Origin: Squalus acanthias
Lineage: Eukaryota
Assembly (NCBI GenBank): GCA_030390025.1
Contig: JASTWF010000332.1
Span: forward strand, 62,001 to 126,000
Direction: 5' to 3'
Length of the DNA stretch: 64,000 nt
The position numbers were made by a program, and so were the translations under genes. Shown here piece by piece: positions 1-13,013 of the stretch. The notes beneath the pieces are model-generated. The model was not told where the DNA came from and did not search any database. It saw nothing but the letters and a program-made list of their open reading frames with translations. Within the stretch, counting starts at the first letter, position 1. Each line of letters begins with the position of its first letter.

Positions 1-1442
1 GTAAGGAACAGAGACGAGGAACAGAAGTGGTGCAATGGGAATACCAAAGAGAGAAGCAAACGTTATGCAAGTAGACCATTTCATAATAGTCGCCAAATAC
101 ACACACGAGGGAAGACACGGGGAAAGCATAGAAACCCTTTCATAGTTTCTTTGCTTTTTCCTGCTAGGTTGACATTCATATGCGGGAAGGAAAATATGCA
201 GGAAGGCACACACACAGGAGTCGCAGCGTAAAATAATAAGGAACACGGCAGGGGCCGTCTGATTGTGGTATAAATCACGCATCCAGCTTGTTCTGATTAA
301 ACGTAGCAGCTGAAAACAGTGGCCAGCAAGTAGCAGCTCTATAAATATCATCCCAAGCTGCAGTTTAATTAACTAGCACTTACTCTGGCTTTATATTACT
401 GGAGAGGCTCCAATCGCTGTAACTGTAGCAGATCCCTTAAAGCCGAACCTGCCCCGTTTAAACGTTGGGTGGATTCAGTAAACGCAGAACATGGTGCAAT
501 GATTGCCCCAATGCTGAGGGGGGGGGGGGGGGGGGGGGGGAGGGATACAGGAGGGTAATTCTGGTAAGGCAAACATGCATTGCTGGCTTAATTGGGCTCA
601 GCCAGACTCAGCACAGTGGAATTTTGCACCTACTGCGACCAGCAACCTTTTAGTTCTGCTGCTGCCACCACGCTGCCATCAGAGACACCCAGTGCAACTG
701 GTCCCTGAAGAGAGATGCACCCCAATGGTGCTGGTGCCAGGTCATTGATGCTGTAAGCACTCTTATCGCCATAGGCAACCCTGCAAGGTAAAGGGGGCAT
801 CACTTTATTAAACAGGGATAATTGGGGCATCCACAGCACAATACATTTCAGGTCTTCCACCTACTGTAAGTAGTGCAATCTCACATATCTGTCCCAACAA
901 CTCAATAAACTGCATATGATAAGGCCCCTGTTGCTATAGTACATTGTACTGGTTCAGGAGTTCATTTTCAAGTCAATGTCCATAAACTCAACCTCTGTTA
1001 ATGATGGTGGAATTATTGTCTCCACCCCCGAAAAGACTCAGACAAACAACCAAGTACATTATTGCCTAAGTTCTCACTGTTAGCATCTGCGAACCACTAA
1101 GGGTGAATACCACCAAGTAACGGGAGACACCAGGAGCAGATTAAAACATCACCTGTCTATGAATGTAACAATATTATCTGGGAATGGTGTTAATGTCTAG
1201 CCGTGGCTAACACATCACTGTGCCCATGATACAAAAGGTTCAGGACTACTGTGTATTCCTTCATTACAACAGAGACTAAAAAAAGTACTTCATTGGCTGT
1301 AAAGCGCTTTGGGACATCCTGAGGTCGTGAAAGGCGCTATATAAATGAAAGTCTGTCTTTGTTTGATATTTTTAGATAATAAATATATTGCCATATGTAA
1401 CATATGACTGTTGGTACAGTAACAGTTCAACTGGCGATAATA

Positions 1443-2202
1443 AGGTTAATTTTAACTACCGGCGGACAGCCGGGGGGGGGGGCGGAGGGGGATTCTGAGC
1501 CATTTAGAGGCCCGAACCTCATTTTCATTCTGCTGGTAAGCTGCGGGCACCAAATGGGCATCTTGCTGCAGTTCGTCGGTTCCGGGAGGGTGGGAAATCC
1601 GGTGACTCCCACCATGAGTTGGCCAACCATCAAATCATTGGGGGAGGAGAGAGGAGCGATCCTGGGAGGGGCCTCCAGCAGCTGGATGAATTATTTTCGT
1701 GAGCCCTGCAGGAACATTCCTTCTCCCCCTGCCCCCACCCAAAACAAATTTAGACATTTCCTGGACCGTTTTTTGAGTGGCCTCCAAGGACCGTTTGATC
1801 AGCCAATCACTGTCTGGTTACGATAGCAAAATACTGCGGATGCTGGAAATCCGAAATAACAACAGAAAACGCTGGAAAAACTCAGCAGGCCAGGCAGCAT
1901 CCGTGGAGAGAGAAAGAGAGTTAACGTTTCAGGTCGATGTCTGGTTACAAATGGGCGGAGCCTGCAAGGCACACGCTCCGCCCACCTGTACCTTGAAATC
2001 TGTACATCATAGGACCCTGATTAGTATAATCCAACGAGGCTCTTGCCTGATACAGGCGGACGGCGAGGCCATCCTTGTATGGGCCCTGCACAAAATGGCG
2101 GCTTGCGGAATTAGAGCGGAAACGCGGCAGTATGTGCAACATTCTGATTTTAAGGCAGCTACTGCCCCGTTCCTACCCGGCAAACCGAGTTAAAATCAGC
2201 CC
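1443..2202. mobile_element. Harbinger-type MITE containing a Penelope-type repeat fragment at about 1826-1940
   Basis: Termini AGGTTAATTTTAACT and revcomp GGGCTGATTTTAACT, with a GC-rich non-coding interior. Confidence 0.6.
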
Positions 2203-3189
2203 TCAAATGTTTGTGAATCTTCTGTGCAATCAGCCAAGTTATACACAACAATCCGTTATGTCGGCCTGCCAACAGCATACTGTGGACGATTATAGCCCCT
2301 GTAAAATGGCTCCTGCTCAGGATTTGAGTTTTGAGCGGAGCTCACTGCTTAGCAATCAGCAGCAGGAATCCTGGTCAATTTTGGTCAGGAAAAATTCCTG
2401 GGAGCAGCTCCTTTTTCCGGTGTTGGGGTTGGAGTGGCTCCCAGGAATTTCCTGGCCTTCGTCTCCAACCCAAAGATATTTAGGCCAATTACAGTGGCGC
2501 TAACCATCAGAATGAACCAGTGAAAAAGTTCATTCTAACATGCTTTAACTCTGATCTTCAAAGAACGCTCCCACTTCCTCTTATACAAACATTGTCATGG
2601 CCTCACTGAGCAAGATTGGCAATTTAGTGCTCAAAAATGGAGCGTTCTGCGCTGTAATCCTGTGCCCACTAGGAACTGGATTGAGATTGCACCAACATTT
2701 CACTTACAGCTGGCAGAGAGAGGAATCTTCCATCCCGGGAGTCAGGCCTGGATCCAAACCCAGGCCCCAGAGGTGGTGAGACAATGTGCTAATCTTCTGG
2801 ACCACCTGGACCTCCAAATGGCCTAATAGCCCTTGTCCTCTTCACCCCCCACCACATCCATCCTCCCCAGGCAATTATACACATGGGCAGGAATCTTTAC
2901 CGTGGAATCGGGTCGGGTGCGTGTGTGCCGCATAGTGGGTCACCATCCCGAAGATTTGAACAGCGTGTTCTGCACTGCGCGTTTAACTCAATGGCAGCAA
3001 TTGGAAGAGTCATGTGCGTTTCCCGGCCCAATTAAACGGAGCGGGTCTGATGATGTCACCGATGACTCGTTTTCAGCGCGGATATTTAAAGCAGCCTTGC
3101 ACACATTTCATTTGAAGGTTGCTGCAGGAGTGTTCAAGGTTGTTTCAAGAGCTCAAAATTGCTGAATAACACTGACAATTCTGTGGGTC

Positions 3190-5062
3190 ATGGAGACACA
3201 AAGACAGAGGGCAGCCCCAAGATTCCCAGATGCCTCCCTGGAAGTGCTGGTCCAGGGAGTAAGAGCACGCAGGGAGATCGCCTTCCCTGCGGATGGCCGA
3301 AAAAGACCAACAAAAGACACTAAGAGGGCATGGCTGGAGATCGCAGAGGAGGTCAGCAGCAGGGCTGTCGTGAGGAGGACGTGGATCCAGTGCCGCAAAA
3401 GATTCAATGATCTCATGAGGTCAGGAAAGGTGAGTGCAATGCCACACTCACCTTCACCCTGAAGTGCCTGTCACCCCAACCCCATCACTCTGCCTTCCCA
3501 AGCTTACTCCTGCACATCACTCCTCACACCAACCTACCTTGCAGGTCCACCCATCCCTCTTTCTCTATGTACATACTCACATCCCCATCTGACTAACCAC
3601 CACGGACACGCGCCCTCATCCTAATGCAATCATAGCAAGTAGCACCACAGAAAGAAGCCATTTGGCAATGTCACGCCAATCCCTCATAGTCACCCTCTAC
3701 AGATGTAGCCCATCCATTCCTTACACTCATTCCATCACTCTCACTCAAAGTTCTCTTCTTTCCCTCCTTGCAGGATAAGAGAGCCCACAACAACAGGGAG
3801 AGGCAGAGAACTGGAGGTGGCCCTCCAGTCTTCACAAATTTGACTCCAGCAGAGGAGGAGGCATTAGACATCTGTGGAGTTGCAGAGCTGCTGGCAGTGG
3901 GAGACAGAGAGAGGGGGACAGAATTAAATCTCAAACAGCCACATGGCATACAACAGTCACCCGTGTGGTGACTGATGTCGCAACCAGTGAAATGTCATCA
4001 TGTGCGTAATGGTAACGTTACCCATTCTTATCATAAGACTTCGAATTCATCTCTTTACTCTCCCACAGTCTCCCCCCCCCCCCTCCTCCTCTGTCCAGCC
4101 GCAGGAGGAAGACGACCCCTCAGAGGAAGCTCCAGTCTCTGAGGATGCACCGTCAGCAGACCCAAGCGCAGCCAGCACCAGCGTAGATACGCATACCTCA
4201 GTGGGTCCTGTGCGAGATAGAGTAGTGTTGTCACCTGGTGTCTCACACATCACAAGTGAGCAAGAGCAGATGGCGTTGACAGGGACAACAGTGGATACTC
4301 CTCGCCGGAGAGCGCAGGAGGCTCCAAGCTCTGCTGAGCAGCATGCAGACGCTGAGCCTCGGGGGCCATCGAGAAAGAGGGTGATCTTGGAGGGGCAGCA
4401 ACAATTGCATGAGGCTCTGGCAGGTTTTGCAGCCGCGATGTGTGCAAATGTGCAGAGAATGGAGGAGTCCGTCTCCAACATGAGTGCCACCATCTCGCAG
4501 GTGATGGCGACGATGTGCTGTTCCATGGAAAGGATGGCCACCTGCATGGAGCAGCAAATGTGCCAGTCACATGAGCACATGCTTGCTGTGAACAACAGAT
4601 TGCAGACGCTCATTGACCTCATCTCAAGAAGGCATATTAATGTAGACTTGGGCCTTCATCGCCCCACTGATGTGCAGCAAGGTGCTTTCCAGCAACTTGC
4701 TACCAGGGAAGTGTGGGTGGCCCATGAAAGGGATGATGGCGAGAGGGGCTCGTCTCAAAGTGCTCCCACTTCTCCCCCTTGCCTCCCTCTCAGTCAGAGC
4801 CCCACATGCTGCCTCGAATCGCGATGGCAAGTCTGACCCTGCACAGTCGCAGGAGGAGCAGTCTTTGGCGGGGCCATCACAGGCTCCAAAACCCAGAGGA
4901 CGTCTGCCAAAAGTGTCAAAGCAGTCGCAGCATGGAAGTGAGCAGCCTGCAACAACTCTGCTGAAGCCACAGGGGTTGCACCGCATAGAAACACGCATAA
5001 ACAAAAAAAGACACAATCCTATATGCACAAGGGTAAGCACATGGGTGTATGATAAAATGTGA
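3190..5062 (+). pseudogene. Harbinger Myb/SANT DNA-binding accessory protein, 3 exons, disrupted
   Basis: Exon 1, 3190-3429 (80 codons: RAAPRF..SLEVLV..W.EIAEEV..RTWIQCRKRFNDL), ends AAG|gtgagt. Exon 2 starts at 3774 after ttgcag (DKRAHNNRERQRTGGGPP). Exon 3 starts at 4069 after cccacag. Frameshifts occur near 4780-4840 and the exon-2 donor is lost. Confidence 0.85.
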
Positions 5063-5330
5063 ATGTTAAGTTTCAGTTATATTTATGATGCACATAAGTT
5101 TATTTATTTGCATAACTTGTCCATTTTTGCCTGCTACCTGGAAAGTGGCTTTGTCACTTGGAGTGAAAGGTGAGACATTACTTAACCTCGAGCGATGGGG
5201 GTTTGGGGGAGAGGAATGGTTTGGTCATTGTAGGACTGCTTTGTGGTGTTGTTGGGTATGTGTTGGGGGGGGGGGGGGGGGGTGGGAGTTGGTACAGTAT
5301 GTGGTAGCCATATGGGTGCACTGGTGCAAG

Positions 5331-6537
5331 TTAAGTAAATCTGGCCATGATGAGGCCATCCTGGGCCTCCCGGGCAGCAATGTGAGCCGCTGCTGGTGCC
5401 ATCTCCACCTCAGGTTCCTCCTCCTCCTCGTCTTTCACCTGCTCCTCCTCCTCTGAAGAGGCAGTGCACTCTGCACCTTGCTCCTCGTTGCTGCGCCATG
5501 TTGTGCATCGCGCAGCATACGACGATGATTCTGGAGACTCTGGCTGGTGCGTACTGAAGGACTCCTCTAGATCTGTCAAGGCATCTGAAGCGCATCTTCA
5601 TCATACCGACTGCTTGCTCTGTGACACATCTGGTGGACATGTGGCTGTCATTATAACGCTCTTCAGCCTCATTATTTGGCCTCCTCAAGGGTGTCATGAG
5701 CCATGTCTTCAGTGGATAGCCCTTGCCTCCCAAGCAGCCAGCCGGTAAATCTGTTTGGAGGTGCGAAGAGCTGAGGGAGGGTGGACTGGCACAGCACGGA
5801 AGAGTCATGACAGCTGCCAGGGAATCTGGCACACACATGCATGATGATCTTTTTATGGTTGCTGACGAGGGAATGGAAGCCCTTGCAGTACACAAACACT
5901 CCTCGGTGAGGTGGGGGTGCCTTGATGGTCACATGTGTGCAGTCGATGACGTCCTGCACATGTGGGAAGCCAGCCAGAGCCGCAAAGCCGAGCACCCATC
6001 CAGTAACATTGGCTTCATTAGTGGCAAAGTTCATATAAGTGGCTGACTTGTGAAACATGGCATTGGTCACCTGGGTGATGCATCTGTGGGCGGCTGACTG
6101 CAAGATCCTGCAAATGTCTGCTGTAGATCCCTGGAAGGAGCCTGAGGTGAGGAAGTTGAGGGCGGTGGTGACTTTGACAGCCACTGGCAAGGCGTGTCCA
6201 CCAGGTCCTCTGGGCTGTGCAGGTCTTGTTCCAGCAAGCTACAGATGTCTATGATGACCTGGCGCGATAGCCTGAACCTCCTGAAGCACTGCTGCTCAGT
6301 CATGTCCAGGAAGCTCATCCTCTGCCTGTATCCCCTGTGTTGGGGATATCGCCTCCGGTGCGGTGCAGCCCTGCGCTGATCCCCTCTCTCCTGTGGAGCA
6401 TCAGGTTGTTGAGGAGAAGGCTGCTGCTGTTGTGGCTGCTGCTGCTGCTGCTGATGGTGTTATTGGTGTTATTGGTGCTGGGGCTGATCTTGGTCTGATT
6501 CTGAGGTCCAAGGTGAGGGAGCATAAGCGGCACCCAT
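5331..6537 (-). pseudogene. Harbinger DDE transposase (HARBI1-like), frameshifted
   Basis: Motifs are spread over several frames: [99 protein letters not shown], then an acidic tail. ATG at 6537, with in-frame stops in the Q-rich N-terminus. Confidence 0.92.
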
Positions 6538-7989
6538 GCTGATGTAATAGATGGCAGGTAAAGTGGAGCTCAGAGGCACAATCCCTGAGTGTTCTGATAG
6601 TGACTAGCAATGTGGCGAGAGTGGCTTCCGAGGTTGCAGAAATGACCTGCAAACTGCTGGCAGCTAAATCTCTGCACAAAATGGAGTCAGCTAGATCCTT
6701 TCCATTAGCCAAGTAATCAGGTGTAATGTGGGAGTATTTGTGCTTTTCCCAGTTGTCAATTAATGGACTCGCACAATGGCCACTGAGCTTCCGCCTCCCC
6801 TTCACAGGCGAGGTTCCCGAGGTGTGTGAATCCCGTGCGTAACAAGTTAAAGCCAAAACCTGATGTTAAAAAGGCAGGTAAGGGTCTCTCAACAAGCAGT
6901 TAATGACCTCAGTGAGGTTACCCGCCTCTCCCGAGCGGGTCCGTGGCGCACCTCGAAACGCACCCAAGTTAAATACGGAAGTTGGCGGGCCATCAATTTC
7001 CACAAATTTAACTGCCGACCTGCCCTCAAACCTGCAAGCTCGGCACTGGGATAATTCTGGCCATGTAGTCTGGTGCCACCAAATGGAAGTATTGGAAAGG
7101 TCTGGGTAGCACAGGCTTTTCTCAGCGTGTTCATAGTACAAAGACTTGAATGAATGGAAATAACAGTAGAAATTTTCTGTCTACACTGCCACAAATACCA
7201 GCTGATGTCAGCTAAGGTGAGATGCAGCTTGGCCAAAAATGTGTTTTTTAAAGGTGGAGAGAGTAGAGAAAAAGAGGGGTTTAGGGAGGAGTTCCAGGTC
7301 GAGGCAGCTGAAAGCTCTGCCCTAACCTCTCCCACCATGCTTTGACATCTATTCCTAGAATGAATCTTAGGCCAACAGGCATTAAAAGTATTACGGCGCA
7401 ATATTGCAATATGGAGGGGTGGGGTGAAGGCACTCACACAACAACACAAGCAGTGTGGGTTGGAGACAGAGCCACGATACTGTAGTGCCGATTCTCCAAC
7501 CTGTGCCCCCTTTGAGTGCGGTTCCTTGCTGGGAGTGCACGATCCATGAGTTTACCCTGCTGTCATCTACCCAAAGGAACACGCTGCTGTTTTTTGAAAG
7601 AAAATTCTTTATCAGTACACAGCAATAGCAATAACATCCCAGTGAGCCAAAAAATACAGAAATGTTATGACAGATGAACAGTGATCTAATGACCTTGCCA
7701 ATCTATGCAGTACGGCATATGAAAGACTCATTATCTGAGCATTAAATGAGCATAAATGGTTAGCTTGCATTCATTTTTGTATTTTTGCCTTTGAGCTTAA
7801 ATAAAAGCAAAAGGAAAATCTAATTAAAAAGATGGGATACATTGTTCATCTCCTGGGATACTGTGGTTCTTGCTTTGCTTTCCACTGTTTCTTTATCACT
7901 AAATTGCTTCCCTCCCCTCCTGAAGCCATTGACTCTTTGTTGGGATGTGGTTCTATGGGCACCGATTACCCCCATGTAATTCGCCCAAG

Positions 7990-8320
7990 TGACCGTCTTT
8001 CGGATGAGACATAAAACCGAGGCCCAGTCTGCTCTCTCAGAGGGATGTAAAAGATCCCATGGCACTATTTAGAAGAGGAGCAGGGGAGTTCTCCCCGGTG
8101 TCCTGGCCAATATTTATCCCTGGATCAACATCGCTTAAAACAGCTTATCTGGTCATTATCACATTGCTGTTTGTGGGAGCTTGCTGTTTGCAAATTGGCT
8201 GCCGCGTTTCCTACATTACAACAGTGACTACACTTCAAAAAGTACTGCATTGGCTGTAAAGCGCTTTGGGACGTCCGGTGGACGTGAAAGGCGCTATATA
8301 AATGCAAGTCTTTCTGTCTT
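7990..8320 (+). mobile_element. DeuSINE, 5'-truncated
   Basis: Collinear with 17565-17890. Confidence 0.8.
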
Positions 8321-11073
8321 TCAATAGAGTAAGTTCAACAGTGAGCGCCAGTAAACGATATGACCTCGACGTCAGGAGGCTTCACAGCTGAGCCCACACT
8401 TGAGCACTTCCGGCACAGGTTGTTGGATAGCAATCAGGGGCAGGAACCCTGACTGATTCACTGCTCCCTAATCCGGGTAACTGAGACCATTTCCAGCGAC
8501 CCTGATCACCTCCCCAGCTGAGACCATGTACGTCAGCAGAGACTGGGGATCAAAAGGGGGGGCCTTCATCATCTGTTACTCATTGGATAAGCTCACTGAA
8601 CTATGGCGGGAGGGGAGGAGCTTGGTTTGCACAATTTTGTGTTTCATCAGAGGCTTCTAGAAAGGGAAGAAATATTCCCTGTTCCCAGTGGTCGAGTCAG
8701 CAAGGAGTCGTGGGGTCATCTCCCCCCACCCCGCCACGCCCCCTATGCCCCACCCCCCAGCCCAGCCTCACCCCGCCCACCCCAATCATTTTGAGGTCGG
8801 CCATGTGGCATTGGAGGACCTGCTCCATTTCACCTCTGTCACCCGTCTTCGGCCTCCATGTTCGGCCTGCAAATCTGTGCGGTTCCTGGCTCGACCTCTG
8901 GACCCTTCCCCTCCCCTCCCCCACCGTCCCAAGTCGGCCGAACCAACCTGTGCCACCGCTTACTCCGGGGACATTTTAATATCAGGCTAAGCTTACAAAA
9001 ATGTACCTGAAGCTGTACTGAGGTACAGCCTGCGCGGCCCACTCAGCCATCTTAAGACGGTTTTACGAGCATTCATATAGGTCTTTTTTCCTGATAGAAA
9101 TAACAGGACTGGAAAAGGGTTCCTGTCAAAGCTGACATGTGTAAAAGAAATGGATATTATTAAATTGAGTCTAAATGTGGTTTAAAACTAATTCACTGAG
9201 ATTCTGCCCATTAAACCTGCACACAGACCTATTTTTACCCTTTAGTTTTTAGCTGTCCCATTATCGGTTCCGATCCAGTGTCAATCTGAATTTATTAATT
9301 GAAAGCTAATATTACTTGGACTGTCTTTGCGCTGAGAAACTGCTACTCACATTTTTAATTAGCCCGTCACTCCCTGGACGTACATCAAAACATTTAATTG
9401 AGAAAAAGATTTGGGTAGAAGCCACAGATTATATAACCAATTTTGAAAATTAATTCTGTATAGGAAGCCATCTGATGAATGATGCTTCATTGTTTGCAAT
9501 CATGTAATTGGGTTTCAGCAGCTGTTCAGGTCTCCTTGGGCACTATCAGAATTCCAGCCTCCAGCTCTCCCTCAAAGAACTGTTCATTATTTATCAAATC
9601 TACTCACCTGATTTATGCTGTTGGCTCTCTGTACCTTAGGCTTAAAAAAAAAAAACTAAATGGCAGAAACACGTACAGAGGAGTCGGATTGGTATCTAGA
9701 GGCAGTGAACAGAGTAATAGAAATCGAGGGTAAGCTACTGCACTGGTGTAGTGACTGAAAGGAGCCCACAGCTTCCCCTATACCTCCTACCTGTCCACAA
9801 TAAACAACGACACCAGTGCTTCTCGGCTACAAAGCTGGAAACAGCTAAAAGAGGGGAAGCATTAAAAGGTTTTTGCCCGTGATCCCTTGTTGGCGAGTGG
9901 GACTGAAAAAAAAGATGGGAGCGTGAATCTTTTCTTCCCTGCAGGTCAGAGTTGAGAGAAGGCCAATCATCTCATCGATAATGACGCACATATTGGCCCT
10001 ACTCCCAACTCAACGGAGTGAAACAAAAATCAACGTCGCTTCAGTTTTAATCCATTTAGGCATTAGAATCCATAAGGGGGTCAGAAAAAAATACAACTCT
10101 CTGTCTCCGAGTTTGTGAGAAAAATAAGATAACATGCCCAGATTTATTGGAGTAATTAAGCTAATGAGGGAAGAAAAAAAAGAAATAAATCGGGTTCTAC
10201 ATTACAATACTGGTAGGCACCTACCCACAGTAAAATAGGAAGAGAAACAAACTGGACAGTTTTGGCCTTGAGCATCATCGAGCCCTGATTATGAGGTGCT
10301 AGAGAGATCATCATCATCAAGTAGACAATCCTCGTTTGATCCATGCCGTTGGAGATGCAGCATTCTCTGAATCCCCCAATAATGGAGTCTGGAACGGGTC
10401 CACTGCAATATCTGAAGCAGTCCAGGCAGATGGCCTGCTGGTGTCAGCTTATTACATAGAAATTACAGCACAGAAACAGGCTATTTGCCCCGACTGGTCT
10501 ATGCCGGTGTTTATGCTCCACACGAGCCTCCTCCCAACCCTGCATCATCTCACCTTATCAGCATATCCTTTTATTCCTTTCTCTCTCATATTTATCTAGC
10601 TTCCCCTTAAATGTATCTATGCTATTCGCCTCAACTACTCCATGTAGTTATGATTATCCTTTCATAGAATCATGGACATTACAGTTCTCAGTTGGAGCTA
10701 TCTACTCGAGTCCCATTTTCCTGCCAATCCCACTATCCTTTTAAATTCTTCCTTTTCAAATACTTATCTAGTTCTCTTTCAAATGACATGTAGTCTCTGC
10801 CTCAATAGCTACTTTTGCTAAAGCAATCTGTGCTCTAATAGCCCGATGTGTTTGAAACTCAGTTGTGGTATTTGCTGCGCAATGTATCCTTGAAAGCTGT
10901 GCTGCCGGTCACAGCCATGGTTGGCTGTTGGCTGCCCATCCCTCCTGGTATTAGTGTGACATTTTCAACGAGCCACTTGGTATCTAACATTAATTAAATG
11001 CGGAAAGCATCAGTCGTTGGAAAACAAGGCTATACAGCAAGACACTTGGGACTATATCTGCACGGCAGGTGGA

Positions 11074-11196
11074 ATTTTTTATTTATTCGTTCCTGGGATG
11101 TGGGCGTCGCTGGCAAGGCTGGCATTTATTGCCCATCCCTAATTGCTCTTGAGAAGGTGCTGGAGAGCCGCCTTCTTGAACCGCTGCAGTCCATGT
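11074..11196 (-). mobile_element. 3' tail fragment of the same LINE/SINE family
   Basis: Reverse complement of about 15955-16070 (gggatgtgggcgtcgctggcaaggc...ccgctgcagtccatgt). Confidence 0.85.
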
Positions 11197-13013
11197 CTTT
11201 CATTTTGGCATTACCCACAGGGTAACTTCCTACCATTTGCTCTGGCTGATAGCTGTCTCTCTCTATGCAGCTTTTTACTTCAGTCCCAAAGACCAGCCCT
11301 CCTACTTTGGCACCCCGCCCCGCGCCTCCACCGCACCCCCCAGAGCCGCACCGTTTGAGCAACAAAGGGAGCAGTGTTGCCCATACATACATCCATAGAA
11401 TTACATACAATGAATTTACAGCACAGAAACAGGCCATTCGGCCCAATTGGTCTATGCCGGTGTTTATGCTCCACATGAGCCTCCCCCCACCTTACTTCAT
11501 CTCATCCCATCAACATAGCCTTCTATTCCTTTCTCCCTCGTGTACTTATCATTGCAAACAACGAGTCCACTTTCCTGGCACCACCAATCGATTGTCTTTT
11601 AATTGCAAGCTGTAGCCCGGCTGGATTTTAGCTCTCCGGCCATTGAGCTGCAGGCCAAGGTCCACAGGCAAGCTTCTCCTGCACCAGTAGCCTTTTTGAA
11701 TTAGACAGAAGGATTCCCATCGCAAAACTTGCCGCAGCCTGCTCCCTGAGATTTTGCCGCAAGCGAGTTTGTGCCATAGCTTAGCTCAAATCCATTTTGT
11801 GCGTTTCTCACAAAATTGGGGTTTACAAGTCGGACTGGCCAAGGATGGCACCAGAAGTTGAGTTCCTGTTTATGTGCTGCATCACCAACTCAAAACCAAT
11901 TTTCCCCTTCAAAATATTGTGTCCCATCAGTGCATCAAGACTCTCCTTTCGTGGCATTTAATTGTTTTCTGAAGAATCCCAATGCTTTGTCTCTTATAAA
12001 CTTATGTGAAAGAATCATTTGCTGCATTTACCCAGTTAGTGCATTATCCTGTTACCATAACATGCAGAGATACAAGGTTGGAGCAGTAACAAGATGACAT
12101 CATCCTTATTGTTAGATCTGCAGATCTACCTTATAATGAAATCAGTAAACAAAATTTGCACCATTCTGTGACTCATACATCTGTAAAAAAACAACATATT
12201 ACGCTGTAACTGAGCTGAATCAAAATACCCCGAGGTAATCTTCAGAAAAGTTACATTGGGTGAGCTTAATTTCCAGGAGAATTCCCTCGGGAAATTACTG
12301 ATCATTACTTAGAAAGAAACTAGAGAATTCAGCTACATGTGCTCTGTGAATCAACAGATCTGTGAACAGGCCAACTATATTGCTGATTTTGGCTCGATGT
12401 AAAGTGGTTTTGAACATGCTTTGACACACAACCAGTAGTATAACTTATTACCCAAAGAGTCATAGACTTTTGGATTACATTATGAGGTAAGGCCATTGAG
12501 GAGGTGAACCGTGTTAAAGGGTGCAAGCTACAATTAGATATGTTTGTTGAGAGAGACACGATTAAAGGGTTAAGAAGGTGGGCAGGTGGTGTTGAACGAT
12601 CAAAAGGAACAGGTTAAGCTTGTGGCATACAAGACATGTGTCCAAACAGTTCCCGAATGGTTCAGAATCATTAGGAATGCAACAGAAAGGACTTCCTCTG
12701 CCTCATGTGCGAGATTGAGGAACAAGCTGCGAGGTGATTTGTGACAAAAAGGAGTTCTGCGCTTCTCAATCTTCTAATGGCCAACCAGTCAATGGCCAAT
12801 GAGGGAGGTCTCCAGCCTCGTGGTGAGCTCATGTCTTTGCCAAAGCCCCTGACGAGAACCTAAATTAAGTAGATGGTTGTGAGCAAGTCTGATGCACAGC
12901 ACTGGACTAGAACATCAAAGTAGCTTACACGTTGCAAGATGCCCTGTGTCGGTCCTTCATAGGGGAAGGCAGATGTTTGTTGTTCAGAACCAAATGAAAT
13001 CCAGGTAGCAGAC

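Larger units (their letters stand above)
2885..7062. mobile_element. PIF/Harbinger DNA transposon, two-gene, decayed
   Basis: Convergent Myb/SANT gene (+) and HARBI1-like transposase (-). Imperfect termini GGGCAGGAATCTT and revcomp GGCCAGAATTATC, with GC-rich subterminal regions. Confidence 0.88.

Noticed and set aside
518..540. Long poly-G/poly-C runs (also near 5264, 27505, 31993 and 43560-43660) as functional G-quadruplexes
   Set aside because: They are simple homopolymers, frequent across the window and of uncertain length, with no evidence of function.
630..780. Good-looking minus-strand acceptor (ttaccttgcag) followed by an open frame
   Set aside because: There is no similarity to NOS1AP or any protein I recognise, and the frame ends in a stop.
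6415..6475. CAG/poly-Q run as the missing NOS1AP exon 8
   Set aside because: It is in frame with the transposase N-terminus and lacks TQVAVAQ and splice sites.
3190..6537. Host genes NAIF1/MSANTD and HARBI1
   Set aside because: Both ORFs are disrupted, lie between transposon-like termini and have related copies in the same window, so they are transposon genes, not domesticated ones.
10285..10445. Weak resemblance (CLDCFRY..IIGGFRE) to the last NOS1AP exon on the minus strand
   Set aside because: The conserved SEYESNTDES and C-terminal PDZ-ligand motifs are absent, exons 8-9 are not seen upstream, and no single frame matches. tBLASTn would settle it.
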